Positions 63,167-64,000 of a stretch of 64,000 bases of DNA are shown here, piece by piece. The DNA lies in the NCBI GenBank assembly GCA_012026655.1, contig JAAILG010000138.1, positions 62,001 to 126,000 of the forward strand, given 5' to 3'. This stretch comes from Hydrolagus affinis (taxonomy: Eukaryota). The translations under genes were made by a program, and so were the position numbers. The notes beneath the pieces were generated by a model. It made no database searches, had not been told where the DNA came from, and saw only the letters and a list, made by a program, of their open reading frames with translations. Position 1 is the stretch's first letter. The number at the start of each line of letters is the position of its first letter.

Positions 63167-64000
63167 CATTTCTTCCAGTTTTTTTTTGAGAATTGAAACC
63201 ATGCAAACCATCCTATAAATGTTTTCTTTAATCTTTGTTAATGTTCTGGAGTCAATGCTTTTCTTTGAAAGTTCCTGGAGCTTTGGAGCAAGAAGAAACC
63301 TTGAGGCAATCTTGACAGTGATTTATACAATCCTCTCCCTGGGTTGTGGAGAAATAGGATGTTTCTAACAGTTGTAAATTAATAAGGAGACTGCCATAAT
63401 ATCTGAAATATGGATCAAGGGTTGAGATTCATGTCAACTGTTGTAATTAGTTTTGCTTTCCCTTTTAATAAAAGTGGAATGTTTCATGAACAGATATAAA
63501 GCAAGCAGACACTGTGTTAGCTGCTGTAAAAACGTTAAAAAGGAATAGTTGTCAGTCTGCTACAGAATGCTGCCTTTTCAAGAGATTTATCAAACATTTA
63601 TGATAGCTTGGAAGATTTAGAGAGGCACATATATATTTAACCATCCATCACCATATTGCAAAGCTGAGCCAAATACAATTGAATCTTAATATGTGCATAA
63701 CTAATTTGCCAATAAATGTTGCACTTTAATTAAGCCCGTGGTTCCTGGATTTCATTGACGTACACTAGGAATTAAATGGAGTGGAACATGGGAATTCTAT
63801 GCTTGAATCGGGATTATATTTGGATCAAGTATACATTTGGTCCACACTCGACAGCAGAATAGCTTTCTGCACACACCAATGGTGCTTTTCTACTGAAAAT
63901 AATGGGATTTAAAACCGAGCAGTAAATCTATAGATTTCTCATTTCATGCTGACCTGGTTCTTGTGCCTGCTAATACTTTGATGTGGTTGCTTCAGAAATG

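Noticed and set aside
1-64000. CRISPR arrays, operons or other prokaryotic systems
   Set aside because: The sequence is vertebrate repeat-rich DNA with no regular repeat-spacer array or dense ORFs.

Overview
This is AT-rich, CpG-depleted vertebrate non-coding DNA, either a large intron or a gene desert. The repeat families point to a cartilaginous fish, most plausibly a holocephalan such as Callorhinchus; this is inferred from remembered repeat consensus sequences, not from a search. I cannot support any intact protein-coding gene, and the supplied ORFs are chance frames or repeat remnants. The window is dominated by: (i) a ~320-bp tRNA-derived SINE ending in ...ATCAAATGCAAGG(ATT)n; (ii) an older, longer Deu-domain (SacSINE1-like) SINE with the same 3' end; (iii) L2 and CR1 LINE 3' fragments; (iv) LF-SINE-like and AmnSINE2-like ancient SINEs; and (v) Penelope-type terminal repeats carrying decayed minimal hammerhead ribozyme cores. 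There are also highly eroded L1/Tx1-like and hAT-transposase-like relics. The most notable unique-sequence signal is a CpG-enriched promoter-like segment at ~38.5-38.95 kb. It has three NF-Y-type CCAAT boxes exactly 43 bp apart, followed on the minus strand by a Kozak ATG and a GTGAGC splice donor, with candidate downstream minus-strand exons at ~28.4 and ~23.8 kb. Several repeat-free, motif-dense blocks look like conserved enhancers. No novel system is demonstrated; all findings are hypotheses that need the stated checks.
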